Source: a virus
Lineage: Duplodnaviria; Caudoviricetes
Reading direction: 5' to 3' (one strand)
IMG/VR virus record: IMGVR_UViG_3300011423_000002
Coordinates: 1-47,509 of that record
DNA: 47,509 bases
Made by a program: the position numbers and the translations under genes. Shown piece after piece: positions 19,223 through 28,323 of the stretch (its first letter is position 1; each line of letters starts with the position of its first letter). Under the pieces are notes generated by a model. The model saw nothing but the letters and a program-made list of their open reading frames with translations, was not told the DNA's origin and made no database searches.

Positions 19223-20500
19223 TTATTTATTCTTGCCTGAGAAGAAATGATCTAAGTCCTTAGCTTCTAGATCAGGCATAGAATAGATTATCTGATTCCC
19301 AATCGACTTGGTACTTATCATACCCGATTGGTCGAAGGACTGCATGATATCATCGAACTCCATCGCAGTCCCATAATGTGCCCACATCTTCTTCAGTAAC
19401 ATCGTCCTACTGATTTGCCTAGATTCCCTCGATAGTATCTCCTTTATTATCATCCCCTTAATCAGCCTCGCATCAGATAGTCCCTTCTTTCCGTGCGTCA
19501 TCTCACGCACGTTCCCAATCAGTTTCTGACAATACTCGATAGCTAGTTCCATCGATGCATCGTCGATGTATAGCTCCGGGCTGCGCGCTAGTGATATCAA
19601 CATCGCTACTTTCAATACAGAATCACCGAATCTATTCAGTGTCCCTGTATCGTCCTTCACTTCAGCGAACGTAATCATCTGAATGAATTCTTCATACCAG
19701 TGTTGATATCTTATCCCTGCATCAGTGAAGTAATTAGTTTCACCTGATTCGGGGTCTATATGTGGTGTCTTATACTCCTCGTCTTGTATTCTATTAGCTA
19801 GTGGTTTGAAGGGACCATTCAGTTTAGCTAAATCCTTCAAGTATTCACCGGCTTCAGCGTAGTTTGGTGGATTGTTTAGCTGTGCTAATAGTGAATTGAC
19901 TCGATTCCGCTTATTCTCGGCTACTATGAAAGTGCGCGCAAAGTAGCCACCATGTATATCCTTCTTGGCGAAGAAATCACTTGAGTGAGCCTCATTAGTT
20001 GCGGTGAGCATGGTAATCGTCGGGTCTTTCAGATTGAACGATTCCATCTTCAGTAGACTACGCCACTCTCCTATGTTATACTGACGGTCGTACAGGTCTG
20101 TGAGGATGTCCGTCGCTACCTTATCCTCTACTATCGAAGAAGTCAATTCACTGCTGCATATGAAAGCAACAGATTTCAGTAGAGGCTTCCCACCCGGCAC
20201 GGTGAATGCTGTACCTAGTTCCTTCAGAATACCCTGAATAGAACTACGTCCACTGATGATGCGCGTTCCACCTACGATACGCACCAATTGCTTCGCCATA
20301 CTAATCGGTGGACCCTTCTTCAATCCTGACTCCGCATGAAACATCACATAGATATTCGGATATAGGTTGTATATCTGTCTATCTATCCAGATGTTGTCCT
20401 TGCAGACGGCAGATATTGCTGAGAGTGCTCCCCAGAACCAGAATGACGTAGGTGATTCGAGTTCGATATGTTGATCAAGTAACTTCTCTAGCCAATTCAT
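19223..20500 (-). CDS. DUF3987-like P-loop helicase with C-terminal winged helix
   Basis: LYPNIYVMFHAESGLKKG, SSELTS, LTDLYD, GGYFART motifs; next to polymerase. Confidence 0.7.
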   Translation of the reverse strand: MNWLEKLLDQHIELESPTSFWFWGALSAISAVCKDNIWIDRQIYNLYPNIYVMFHAESGLKKGPPISMAKQLVRIVGGTRIISGRSSIQGILKELGTAFTVPGGKPLLKSVAFICSSELTSSIVEDKVATDILTDLYDRQYNIGEWRSLLKMESFNLKDPTITMLTATNEAHSSDFFAKKDIHGGYFARTFIVAENKRNRVNSLLAQLNNPPNYAEAGEYLKDLAKLNGPFKPLANRIQDEEYKTPHIDPESGETNYFTDAGIRYQHWYEEFIQMITFAEVKDDTGTLNRFGDSVLKVAMLISLARSPELYIDDASMELAIEYCQKLIGNVREMTHGKKGLSDARLIKGMIIKEILSRESRQISRTMLLKKMWAHYGTAMEFDDIMQSFDQSGMISTKSIGNQIIYSMPDLEAKDLDHFFSGKNK

Positions 20501-23043
20501 TGTCCCGCCATGAACTGTTCAGTCACGGTTAATGTTCTGACTACTACAGGTTCAGCCAATTCTACCTTAACTGGCTCCTCTTTCATACTGAATTTACGCA
20601 GGTCACGGTAGTTCTCACCTACTTCAACCTCACATGGTATCTTGAGTGCATGTCGTGGGAGTGAGCAACAGGTGAAGTTGATAGGACGTTCCATCTCCTT
20701 CTTAGCTATTCCGATAAAATCGTCGAGATATTCAATCCGCACAGAAAATAGAAGCGCGTCATGTGCTTCAAGAATAATTTTCGCTTCCGGACACTTCTTT
20801 TTAATTCTAATACCTGCTGCTTTGGTATTATCAGACACGGCTCGTTGGGGGAGATAGGCAAGGGCTTCTCTGAAAAGGTCATCACCCCATCGCTCATAGA
20901 AAATACGTACGCCACCTCGTTCTGCATCTATCCCCCAGGGCAACGGGGCTATGAGTAGCCGCTTTGCTTTAAGACATTCAATTACTTCGGTGTGAAACAC
21001 ATGCTGAATCAGTGGTTGCTTAGCATGGAAAATCTTCAGTGCTCGTTCAGCAATATGTTCGGTGATAGATATAGGAATCTTATATTTTCTTGCCTGTGTG
21101 TTAAGTTCGATACTCGCCCGTCGTTTTCCCGCGCCCAAGTGTCCAGCATGTCTAAGAGTCTTTCCAGCAAATCTAATTGGTGACTCGTAACCGAGGCGTC
21201 GCTTTGAATAATCATCCTCAGTTCCCCCAAAGAACCATGATGCAGTGAGAGCGTGGTAGTCATGTTCGTCTATGTCCCTCAATGCTTGTTCGTCGGTGGC
21301 TAGATTGAATACTACTCGTGCTTCAGCCTGTGAACTATCTAGTTGTACGAATATCTCACCCTCATCAGGCTCATACATCGAACGCACGTCCGCGCCGATA
21401 TCACCATGCTTAGTGAATACCTGGAATGCTGTACCCATAACTTTCAGGTCAGCCTTCTTACCCTTACCTACAGGGTCTATCTTAGGTCGTATAGGTGGAT
21501 CTTGCTGTCCAGTAGATGATCGGCCTGTCTCTAAGCATGGGAAACACGTGGTGCGCATTTTGCCATCGAAGTCGGCTAATGCCATGAGATAGGTTGATAT
21601 AGTCTTCTTTACTCTACGTCTCTCTAAGCACTTCTCAATCCAAGCTCGCTTGTTAGGATCTTTCACTCCACTCTGTAAATTCAGTAGTGCAGTTAATTCT
21701 TCTTCTCCTGTGCCTTCACGTCGAGGTAATTTCCAGATGTTGAATAGTAAATCATATACCTGAGTAGGTGAACCGCAGTTGACATCGTTGTCGTCTGCCA
21801 ACTTAAACATTTCATATCCCAGTCGTTCGTCCCACTCGACGTACTTACGGAATAGTTCGGCTCGTTTCTCCTGATTGACTCTGAATCCATTGTTTTCTAT
21901 CTCCAAGTAGAAATCAGGAAGTGACATGATGAAGTTTTCATAGAACTTCCTGAGTCCTAATTCGTCTAGGTCTGGGTCCATCGCCTCATCTATTTCGAGA
22001 GTAACACACGCATCCCGTGCGCAACCATAAAACAAATCGGACAACTGACCTTCATACATTCCTTCGTCCTTATAAAAAGGCTCTCGGGTATATATAGATG
22101 TATTGAATGCAAGTCTCTTTGGAAGCTCAGGATTGATTGTAAATGACTTGAGCATAATATCGGACGTGATTCTCTTAATTGCGAAACCAAGTCGTCGAAG
22201 TTTATCTCTGTCGTAGTTGAAATTCTGTCCGACAATATCCTTCTCCCACAATGTTTCAGCCAATAGTATCCATATGGAAGCTAAGTCAGCAGTAGGAATA
22301 GAACTAATCCCATCGCTGTTCCACAAAGGAACACACATTCCATGACTTTTATTGAAACTAAGCCCGATACAGATCGGTAAACAATGACCGCCAGCCTCAA
22401 TATCAGCAGCCATCCTATTATGATTACGATACCGTTGAAGGAATTCATATAATTCACCTGAGTTACGACATATCTGGAGATTACGTTTCGGTAGTTCGAT
22501 TAGTGGCGATGCTGATTCCAAGTATGCGCGCTTGAAATCGAATATCATCACCTGTCGATTCCAATACCCCTTAATTTCTCCACCCGCACTGCTATGTAAC
22601 AGATGCGCGGGATGATAGGTAGGAACAAACTTATGTCCCATTCCCCTGAGTATAGACCCGCGCCACTTGCTGATACCGGCTTTACCGGATAGCGCCCATA
22701 GAGCAGTCCCACCGAGAGCCAGTATACAGTTCGGTCGAATTTCATTTATCTCAACCTGTAGTTCTTCTAATTGTTGATTGATATCGATACCTACTGACGC
22801 GGCTCGCTCAGTGAATGATGTACGCTTCTTCCCTATGTTGGGAGGAATCTCATACTTACTCACGTTACTTATCCAGCATTCACTACGCTGAATACCGGCA
22901 TCCTTCAATAGTCTATCTAGTTCACGGCCCGATGGACCCACAAATGGTCTACCTGCCGATGTTTCTTCATATGAGGGAGCTTCACCAAGTATCATAAACT
23001 TGGCTCCGATAGCTCCCATCCCCGGTACATATTTCTTACTCAT
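20497..23043 (-). CDS. polA: Uracil-DNA glycosylase (family 4-like) fused to 3'-5' exonuclease and family A DNA polymerase
   Basis: GEAP..EE..GRPFVGPSG and TYHPA; ExoI DIE, ExoII NFNYD, ExoIII YGCARD; ETGRSS; motif A DSSQAEAR; motif C AHDAL. Confidence 0.93.
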   Translation of the reverse strand: MSKKYVPGMGAIGAKFMILGEAPSYEETSAGRPFVGPSGRELDRLLKDAGIQRSECWISNVSKYEIPPNIGKKRTSFTERAASVGIDINQQLEELQVEINEIRPNCILALGGTALWALSGKAGISKWRGSILRGMGHKFVPTYHPAHLLHSSAGGEIKGYWNRQVMIFDFKRAYLESASPLIELPKRNLQICRNSGELYEFLQRYRNHNRMAADIEAGGHCLPICIGLSFNKSHGMCVPLWNSDGISSIPTADLASIWILLAETLWEKDIVGQNFNYDRDKLRRLGFAIKRITSDIMLKSFTINPELPKRLAFNTSIYTREPFYKDEGMYEGQLSDLFYGCARDACVTLEIDEAMDPDLDELGLRKFYENFIMSLPDFYLEIENNGFRVNQEKRAELFRKYVEWDERLGYEMFKLADDNDVNCGSPTQVYDLLFNIWKLPRREGTGEEELTALLNLQSGVKDPNKRAWIEKCLERRRVKKTISTYLMALADFDGKMRTTCFPCLETGRSSTGQQDPPIRPKIDPVGKGKKADLKVMGTAFQVFTKHGDIGADVRSMYEPDEGEIFVQLDSSQAEARVVFNLATDEQALRDIDEHDYHALTASWFFGGTEDDYSKRRLGYESPIRFAGKTLRHAGHLGAGKRRASIELNTQARKYKIPISITEHIAERALKIFHAKQPLIQHVFHTEVIECLKAKRLLIAPLPWGIDAERGGVRIFYERWGDDLFREALAYLPQRAVSDNTKAAGIRIKKKCPEAKIILEAHDALLFSVRIEYLDDFIGIAKKEMERPINFTCCSLPRHALKIPCEVEVGENYRDLRKFSMKEEPVKVELAEPVVVRTLTVTEQFMAGQ

Positions 23044-23183
23044 TTGTCATCTTCCTTTTCTTCAGGAATAATGACACGTTTCAATTGAATACATTCGGGA
23101 CACACGCAAATTGCGCGTACCACTGTTTCATTGGGCACTTCATTCGACACCGATTTGTGACAGAACCAACAGAATAATCTCAT
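23040..23183 (-). CDS. 47-aa Zn-finger peptide (not in ORF track)
   Basis: MRLFCWFCHK...CVCPEC; overlaps polA start (ATGA); GAGG RBS. Confidence 0.6.
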   Translation of the reverse strand: MRLFCWFCHKSVSNEVPNETVVRAICVCPECIQLKRVIIPEEKEDDK

Positions 23184-23308
23184 AGTTCTGATTCCTCATC
23201 TTCCTCTAGCCAAACCTTAGAACATACCATGCACAAGAACATGTTCAGTGGGAGCATCAGTCGCTCTATCAGTCGGGGGTCATCATTATCACAATGTGGG
23301 CATTTCAT
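23180..23308 (-). CDS. 42-aa Zn-ribbon peptide (not in ORF track)
   Basis: MKCPHC...FLCMVCSKVW; ATGA coupling. Confidence 0.6.
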   Translation of the reverse strand: MKCPHCDNDDPRLIERLMLPLNMFLCMVCSKVWLEEDEESEL

Positions 23309-23660
23309 TAATCGGTTCCTCAGTAGTCTCAGGTATTCTGGGTGTAGTGTCCTGAATCATGCGCATCTGTACAGCGCGCCACCCACGTCCCTCTATCTGA
23401 AGTGGGATGAACTCACACTTCATACCGATTTTCACTTCTTTGAATGTCAGTGTGTCCTGACGTAGTGCGGTCCAGTGAAAAAAGATGCGAGTGAATTCAA
23501 TCTCACGAGATGAGATGAATCCCCATCCTGATGCACTGACCTTGATGATCTTTCCTACTACTCGCCTTTGCTCTTGTTGCTCAGTCATTTTCTTCTCTTT
23601 CTCTCGTTTCTCTTTCATTTCGTAGTATCTGTTCATATCCTCAGCGTCGTATTCAACCAT
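23289..23660 (-). CDS. Cold-shock domain (OB-fold) protein; start may be 23588
   Basis: GKIIKV, RNP1-like GWGFI, RNP2-like IFFHWTAL, G..CEF, GWRAVQM. Confidence 0.8.
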   Translation of the reverse strand: MVEYDAEDMNRYYEMKEKREKEKKMTEQQEQRRVVGKIIKVSASGWGFISSREIEFTRIFFHWTALRQDTLTFKEVKIGMKCEFIPLQIEGRGWRAVQMRMIQDTTPRIPETTEEPINEMPTL

Positions 23661-23798
23661 GTTTACCCCTATTCACTTCTCTCCACTCACTAGAAAATCG
23701 AGGGTGTACCCGTAAGCAGTCACTATTGTAAGTGAAGTATTGGATACACCCTCTGTCGCTAATCGCTGGGATTAATTAGCGAGTCTCGCTGTAGATGA

Positions 23799-23951
23799 TT
23801 AGGTGAGAGGAAGGTCCGCAGGGTCCGTGTCCTGCTCACCTGTATCCTCTACATCATCGTCATCATCTTCCTGCTCGTTGTCCACGTCTTCAGTATCGAG
23901 GTCTTCCTGTTCTTCCTCTATCTCACGCTCTGTCTTCGGTTTCTCGTTCAT
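23799..23951 (-). CDS. 50-aa highly acidic protein
   Basis: CAGGAGAG RBS before ATG 23951; EEEQEDLDTEDVDNEQEDDDDDVED. Confidence 0.7.
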   Translation of the reverse strand: MNEKPKTEREIEEEQEDLDTEDVDNEQEDDDDDVEDTGEQDTDPADLPLT

Positions 23952-24169
23952 GTCACTCTCCTGTGTTTCTGAATGAAGCACTCGATGGATGTGGAGTCCG
24001 TATGGCCTACGGAGTAGAGTATTCCGAGCGTATTTCTCTACCATCCACTCTTTCGTAAATGCTGGTAAATAGTTACGATTCACTGAACCGATATTGGAAG
24101 TATCGTTCCAGCAATTTGCGCTACATACTCGCAAACTATTCTTTACTGTATGCCACAACCAGCATGATA

Positions 24170-24559
24170 TTACTGTCGGGGCGCGCGGTACTTGTGATTC
24201 ACACGATTCACAAGACGACCCTGCCACGTATCGTTCTCCACGAATACGTCGAGTTCCTTGCCTTCAGCGGACTTCAGCTCAAAGCGTACACCCGGTTTCA
24301 CTTCCACACCGAATGCCTGAAGGAAACCCACAGCAAAGCCAATAGCCTTGCTATTGAAATTCCAATCAAGGGGAGCACCTTTGAAATTTTCGTTACCGTT
24401 GTCTGCGTTGCGAATGACGCTGGCCTCTACGGGGTAATTCGTAGAACCACCATCCTTGGAAGGAGCCTCACCGATGCTATCGATACGCACACGATACCAT
24501 GCAGGCTCAATCACCTTCCCACGCAGCAGGTCACGTTCACTGAAATTGATCATCGGCAT
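24170..24559 (-). CDS. DUF669-like single-stranded DNA-binding protein
   Basis: IEPAWYRVRI...SKDG...GKELDVFV...WQGR..NRV; follows Sak4-like ATPase. Confidence 0.7.
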   Translation of the reverse strand: MPMINFSERDLLRGKVIEPAWYRVRIDSIGEAPSKDGGSTNYPVEASVIRNADNGNENFKGAPLDWNFNSKAIGFAVGFLQAFGVEVKPGVRFELKSAEGKELDVFVENDTWQGRLVNRVNHKYRAPRQ

Positions 24560-24592
24560 TGTTGTTCTCCTCTATCTGTGTGTCACACGGTG

Positions 24593-25414
24593 TCAAAACG
24601 TCGTTGGTGGATTTTTCAGGTTTGTTATCGCGGGCTTAATCCAGGTGTCGTAGATAGGCTTATCGCCAAATACTATCTCTCTATCTAGTCCCAGTGCAGA
24701 GCGCGCGAAATCATCCCCAGTATGTTCAGTCAATAGTGAATAGTTACCTGAGCCACCCCCTTCTTCTACAGCGAAACCACCACCTGACTGTTTGATATTG
24801 AAGTGATAGACTTCACCACAATACGCAGGTATCTTCGGAGCTACTTTCTTCCCTGCTGTCACAATCGTACGACTGATGTGCGTAACATTCGTATTCGTGT
24901 TACGATATTCAGCCTGAACGACATGAGCTACCAGGATGATGTTCACCTTATGAAATGAACAGATATCTTTCGAGAGTGCGATTAGTTCCTGTAGTGCTGC
25001 GGACTCAGCATTGTAGTCTTCTATCTCATTGACTGCAATACCAGCGATTAGTTTACCAGCTTGCTGCCCTGACTTACGTGACAGACCATACTTCATTTTA
25101 ACAGTCTGTCTGAGTGTCATATCGGCCATGCTCGTCAGACTATCGAATACGAGCGTTTTGTAGGGACAGTTTAATTGGAGCTGCTCAAGTTTCACCTTGG
25201 CTTTATTCCAATCATCGTAGTCATCGTAATTGATAGTCTTAGGGTCTATCCCCCACTTCTTCATGGGTAGATAGATACCAGTCATTTTCCTGTCCCACGA
25301 GAACCAATATTGTGGGGCAGGGAATGATAGTGCCTGAGTCGATTTGCGTGTGCCCGGCTCCCCCTTAAACATGCAATACAAGCTGTCGAATGAAACGTCA
25401 TTCATGTTACTCAT
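24593..25414 (-). CDS. Sak4-like (AAA_24) ATPase/recombinase
   Basis: GEPGTRKST Walker A, TLVFDSLT Walker B, IILVAH. Confidence 0.85.
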   Translation of the reverse strand: MSNMNDVSFDSLYCMFKGEPGTRKSTQALSFPAPQYWFSWDRKMTGIYLPMKKWGIDPKTINYDDYDDWNKAKVKLEQLQLNCPYKTLVFDSLTSMADMTLRQTVKMKYGLSRKSGQQAGKLIAGIAVNEIEDYNAESAALQELIALSKDICSFHKVNIILVAHVVQAEYRNTNTNVTHISRTIVTAGKKVAPKIPAYCGEVYHFNIKQSGGGFAVEEGGGSGNYSLLTEHTGDDFARSALGLDREIVFGDKPIYDTWIKPAITNLKNPPTTF

Positions 25415-25688
25415 CTATTTCACCCATCAGTACGATGAATTCTGCTGGTAGAATACCAGTCATGAGGAATTCACGTTCACCTGCATCAAGGAATGAGAAT
25501 GCTTCCTGAATGAACTGACCCAAACGAATCCAGTTGAACCACGCACGGTTCATCTGAACGATGTTATGTTTCACCATCAATGTTTTCTTCAGTGAAACAC
25601 ATTCAATGGTAGTCTCAGTACCAGTCAGCTCACCACGGAACTCATATGAGAGTCCCATCTTATTCTGTCGTTTCAGTGTCGTCATCAT
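25407..25688 (-). CDS. Hypothetical protein
   Basis: GAGG RBS before ATG 25688; IQEAFSFL...EREFLMTGI.P.E motif. Confidence 0.7.
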   Translation of the reverse strand: MMTTLKRQNKMGLSYEFRGELTGTETTIECVSLKKTLMVKHNIVQMNRAWFNWIRLGQFIQEAFSFLDAGEREFLMTGILPAEFIVLMGEIDE

Positions 25689-25693
25689 TGTAG

Positions 25694-25852
25694 TTACCTC
25701 ATTCTCGTAATGAACTTGTACCAGAAGAACGGCCACGCGACCATTGCCATTAGCCGAAATTTCATATGCACATCACCTACGGTATGCTCCAAGTAAGTAC
25801 ACACCGCGCCAGTGATAAGCGCCCCAGTCAAGTATATCCACATTAGTGTCAT
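25694..25852 (-). CDS. 52-aa membrane peptide (not in ORF track)
   Basis: MTLMWIYLTGALITGAVC...AMVAWPFFW; ATGA overlap with nuclease stop. Confidence 0.55.
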   Translation of the reverse strand: MTLMWIYLTGALITGAVCTYLEHTVGDVHMKFRLMAMVAWPFFWYKFITRMR

Positions 25853-26802
25853 TCGTCACCTACTCTGTTAGTCACATCCCATCGACGGCCTATCTGAAAT
25901 TCATTGTTCAATACCTCTTGACGCATATTCCGATTGGACTGACACACGTCTTTGAACTCGCAGCTACCGTATATATTGTCACAGTGGGTAAAATTTGGGG
26001 GCCAGTACTCAGTCTCGGTGAACTGAATATACTTGTATGCATAATACGGAAGTATCTCAGTCTGCCATTCATTGAGTCGGTCTGCACTATAACTGACTAT
26101 CTCACGTGTGAATCTGTCCTTCACATCTAGTGTTGTCTGGAATCCAATCTTGTTCACGATGACATTACGTGATTCCAAGATACTACACTGACCGAGGAAC
26201 TGATTGCTCAGTGATGTCTTATCACGACGCTGCTTGAATGTCTTGTGGTCTACTGAACAGACACCAATCTGATTAGTGTCAATACCTAGATCGAACTTCG
26301 CCTTCCACAGTACGCGAATTTCATCGTCTTCGTACAGGACTTTACCTTTAACAGTCTCTACAAAGAGTGGAATCCATGCATCGTTCTTGTAGAAATCGAA
26401 GTACTGTTCACATGTCTTCAGTACCCACTGCCATCCGAGTATGTGCTTATCATTCTCTGATGGCATCTGAACACCAGGATATTCACCTGGCTCATGCTTA
26501 CATTCTGGATTGTCCACGGTGATGTCGCTACAATGAGGACACCCGTTGATGTACAGCATTCCCGCTGCCATTCCATGCCCGATTGATGTGTCTCGTTTGA
26601 ACCCACCAATCATATGCTTGTAATACACCTCTAATACTTTGTGTACTAGTGAACCCGCCTCAAGTGAGTTGGATTTGCCTCTCGTACTAGTGAACGAGCG
26701 CGTATGCTTCAGGTCCAATAGCCGTGGACATGACATCAACAAACTCAACAACGTAGCATCGAGGATGATGTTCTTCTTCGGAGGTAGAATGATGTCTGTC
26801 AC
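25849..26802 (-). CDS. PD-(D/E)XK exonuclease (RecB/Cas4-like phage recombination nuclease)
   Basis: SCPR, GSLVHKVLE, VE, AKFDL, VDHKT, Q, C-terminal C-x6-C-x5-C cluster. Confidence 0.85.
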   Translation of the reverse strand: MTDIILPPKKNIILDATLLSLLMSCPRLLDLKHTRSFTSTRGKSNSLEAGSLVHKVLEVYYKHMIGGFKRDTSIGHGMAAGMLYINGCPHCSDITVDNPECKHEPGEYPGVQMPSENDKHILGWQWVLKTCEQYFDFYKNDAWIPLFVETVKGKVLYEDDEIRVLWKAKFDLGIDTNQIGVCSVDHKTFKQRRDKTSLSNQFLGQCSILESRNVIVNKIGFQTTLDVKDRFTREIVSYSADRLNEWQTEILPYYAYKYIQFTETEYWPPNFTHCDNIYGSCEFKDVCQSNRNMRQEVLNNEFQIGRRWDVTNRVGDE

Positions 26803-27095
26803 TCCATCTCCTTCAATATCTGCCGCTTCAGTTCACTGACGATATTCTTGACGTAGACTTCATCTTCTTCGATTAGTCTATCGATTAGGTCAGCTACAAC
26901 ACGCAACAGTGTAGTGAATTTCTTATCACTTGTCGGAAGGAAATTAGTCATTACTACGTTCTGAGTCACGGCGATGTAATCACCATGAAACAGTTGAAGT
27001 AGAGCGAGACAATAGATATACGCACTATTCCTTCTTCCTTCAGGAAAGCGTGCGGCTATCACCTCTTTTAGATACTTATCTATCTTATCTTCCAT
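26799..27095 (-). CDS. Hypothetical protein
   Basis: Coupled ORF MEDKIDKY... Confidence 0.65.
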   Translation of the reverse strand: MEDKIDKYLKEVIAARFPEGRRNSAYIYCLALLQLFHGDYIAVTQNVVMTNFLPTSDKKFTTLLRVVADLIDRLIEEDEVYVKNIVSELKRQILKEME

Positions 27096-27277
27096 CAATC
27101 TACCCAGTCCTTCCACAGCAGTGTATTCAAGTAGTAGCTGACCGTCATTCCTCTACGGATAGCACGGCGAACTAGCAAGTCTTTCTGATATTGGAAACAT
27201 GCCAATGTTGCCTTGCCAGCACGCTTCCTACCATTGACGGCGCGTAGTCTCTTGAGTGTCTTCTTTACATGTGCCAT
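27095..27277 (-). CDS. Small basic protein, possible ribbon-helix-helix-like DNA binder
   Basis: GGGAG RBS; LVRRAIRRGMTVSYYLNTLL resembles RHH helices. Confidence 0.55.
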   Translation of the reverse strand: MAHVKKTLKRLRAVNGRKRAGKATLACFQYQKDLLVRRAIRRGMTVSYYLNTLLWKDWVD

Positions 27278-27377
27278 AGTCTGCTCCCTGTAAGTTTCAG
27301 TGCTACCCTCTACTCGTGATCAACCCATCGGCACGTTGAACTGGTTACTAGCCAAATGAGTAAAGGGTAGCATTGAA

Positions 27378-27587
27378 TCATGCATTATAGTGAGTCGTAA
27401 TAACCTGACAATAACCTGACTCACGATAAGTGCGTGTCATATACTTCTTCTGCTTCACACCGTCCTGATTGATACGACCCACATCGATGCGAATAGTCCC
27501 GTCATCTAACATTTCCATCTCAGCCCATTCAATTCCTGACATCTGAATATTCAGTAAGAACTTCATTGCATCAACGAGTATAGTCAT
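27378..27587 (-). CDS. Hypothetical protein
   Basis: GAGG RBS, tightly packed. Confidence 0.65.
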   Translation of the reverse strand: MTILVDAMKFLLNIQMSGIEWAEMEMLDDGTIRIDVGRINQDGVKQKKYMTRTYRESGYCQVITTHYNA

Positions 27588-27588
27588 T

Positions 27589-27756
27589 TCATTTCACCTC
27601 AGTCTTCTCTCTGTTCATACGAATTCTAGCTTTACGAGAGATACCCTTCTCAGCACGTTCCTTACATATCTTTCCCCATTCGGTGATGAAATACTTCAAT
27701 CCCTGTGCATGGTCGAATGCCGCACACTGTGCGAGTGTCATTGTTTTGTATTCCAT
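27589..27756 (-). CDS. Hypothetical protein
   Basis: CAGGAGAG RBS before ATG 27756. Confidence 0.65.
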   Translation of the reverse strand: MEYKTMTLAQCAAFDHAQGLKYFITEWGKICKERAEKGISRKARIRMNREKTEVK

Positions 27757-27823
27757 CTCACTCTCCTGTGTAGTCCGAATAGCCAGCCCGATTCTCACCA
27801 TAGGTGAGAACTAGGCAAGATAC

Positions 27824-28012
27824 TCAGTGCTTCACGTCGATGCATGTTTCGTGCTCGTTAAGAAACTCCTTCATGGCTGGCGTCATCACAGCTTTCGTAG
27901 TGAGCTTCTTAACCTTGAATGTGAGTGATGTATTACATCCTTCACATACTACCAGCACGGTGTTATCCGAGAATACCTTGAAATCGATACACTTCAGTTC
28001 TTTGACATTCAT
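27824..28012 (-). CDS. Small Cys/His protein
   Basis: GGGAG RBS; CEGC...HETC. Confidence 0.65.
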   Translation of the reverse strand: MNVKELKCIDFKVFSDNTVLVVCEGCNTSLTFKVKKLTTKAVMTPAMKEFLNEHETCIDVKH

Positions 28013-28013
28013 G

Positions 28014-28166
28014 TTATTTCTCCCATCCTTCTAGTCTACAATCCACGCACATTGGAATTAACATTGCGATGATACCTTTCTTTGCTAATTCTTCATATCT
28101 GTCACGCATATCCTGTTCAGATACTGTCTTGCCACATTTCATGCATTTCATTTCTTTGACATTCAT
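28014..28166 (-). CDS. 50-aa Zn-finger peptide (not in ORF track)
   Basis: MNVKEMKCMKC...MCVDC; GGAG RBS. Confidence 0.6.
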   Translation of the reverse strand: MNVKEMKCMKCGKTVSEQDMRDRYEELAKKGIIAMLIPMCVDCRLEGWEK

Positions 28167-28321
28167 ACTTCTATCTCCGTCATAGTTGCGACACGATTAT
28201 CCGTGTCTGCCTGTTCTTTGATTACGTCTAATACGCACGTCTGGCAGGAATAGAAAACTTGCCCTTCAGTGAGCACAATTTCTAATTCTGCTTCCTGCAC
28301 GAAACAGTAATCACATTCCAT
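28163..28321 (-). CDS. 52-aa Zn-finger peptide (not in ORF track)
   Basis: MECDYC...SCQTC; ATGA coupling. Confidence 0.6.
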   Translation of the reverse strand: MECDYCFVQEAELEIVLTEGQVFYSCQTCVLDVIKEQADTDNRVATMTEIEV

Positions 28322-28323
28322 GA

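Noticed and set aside
25849-26802. Cas4 / CRISPR system
   Set aside because: No repeat-spacer array or other cas genes; context is the exonuclease-Sak4-SSB recombination module
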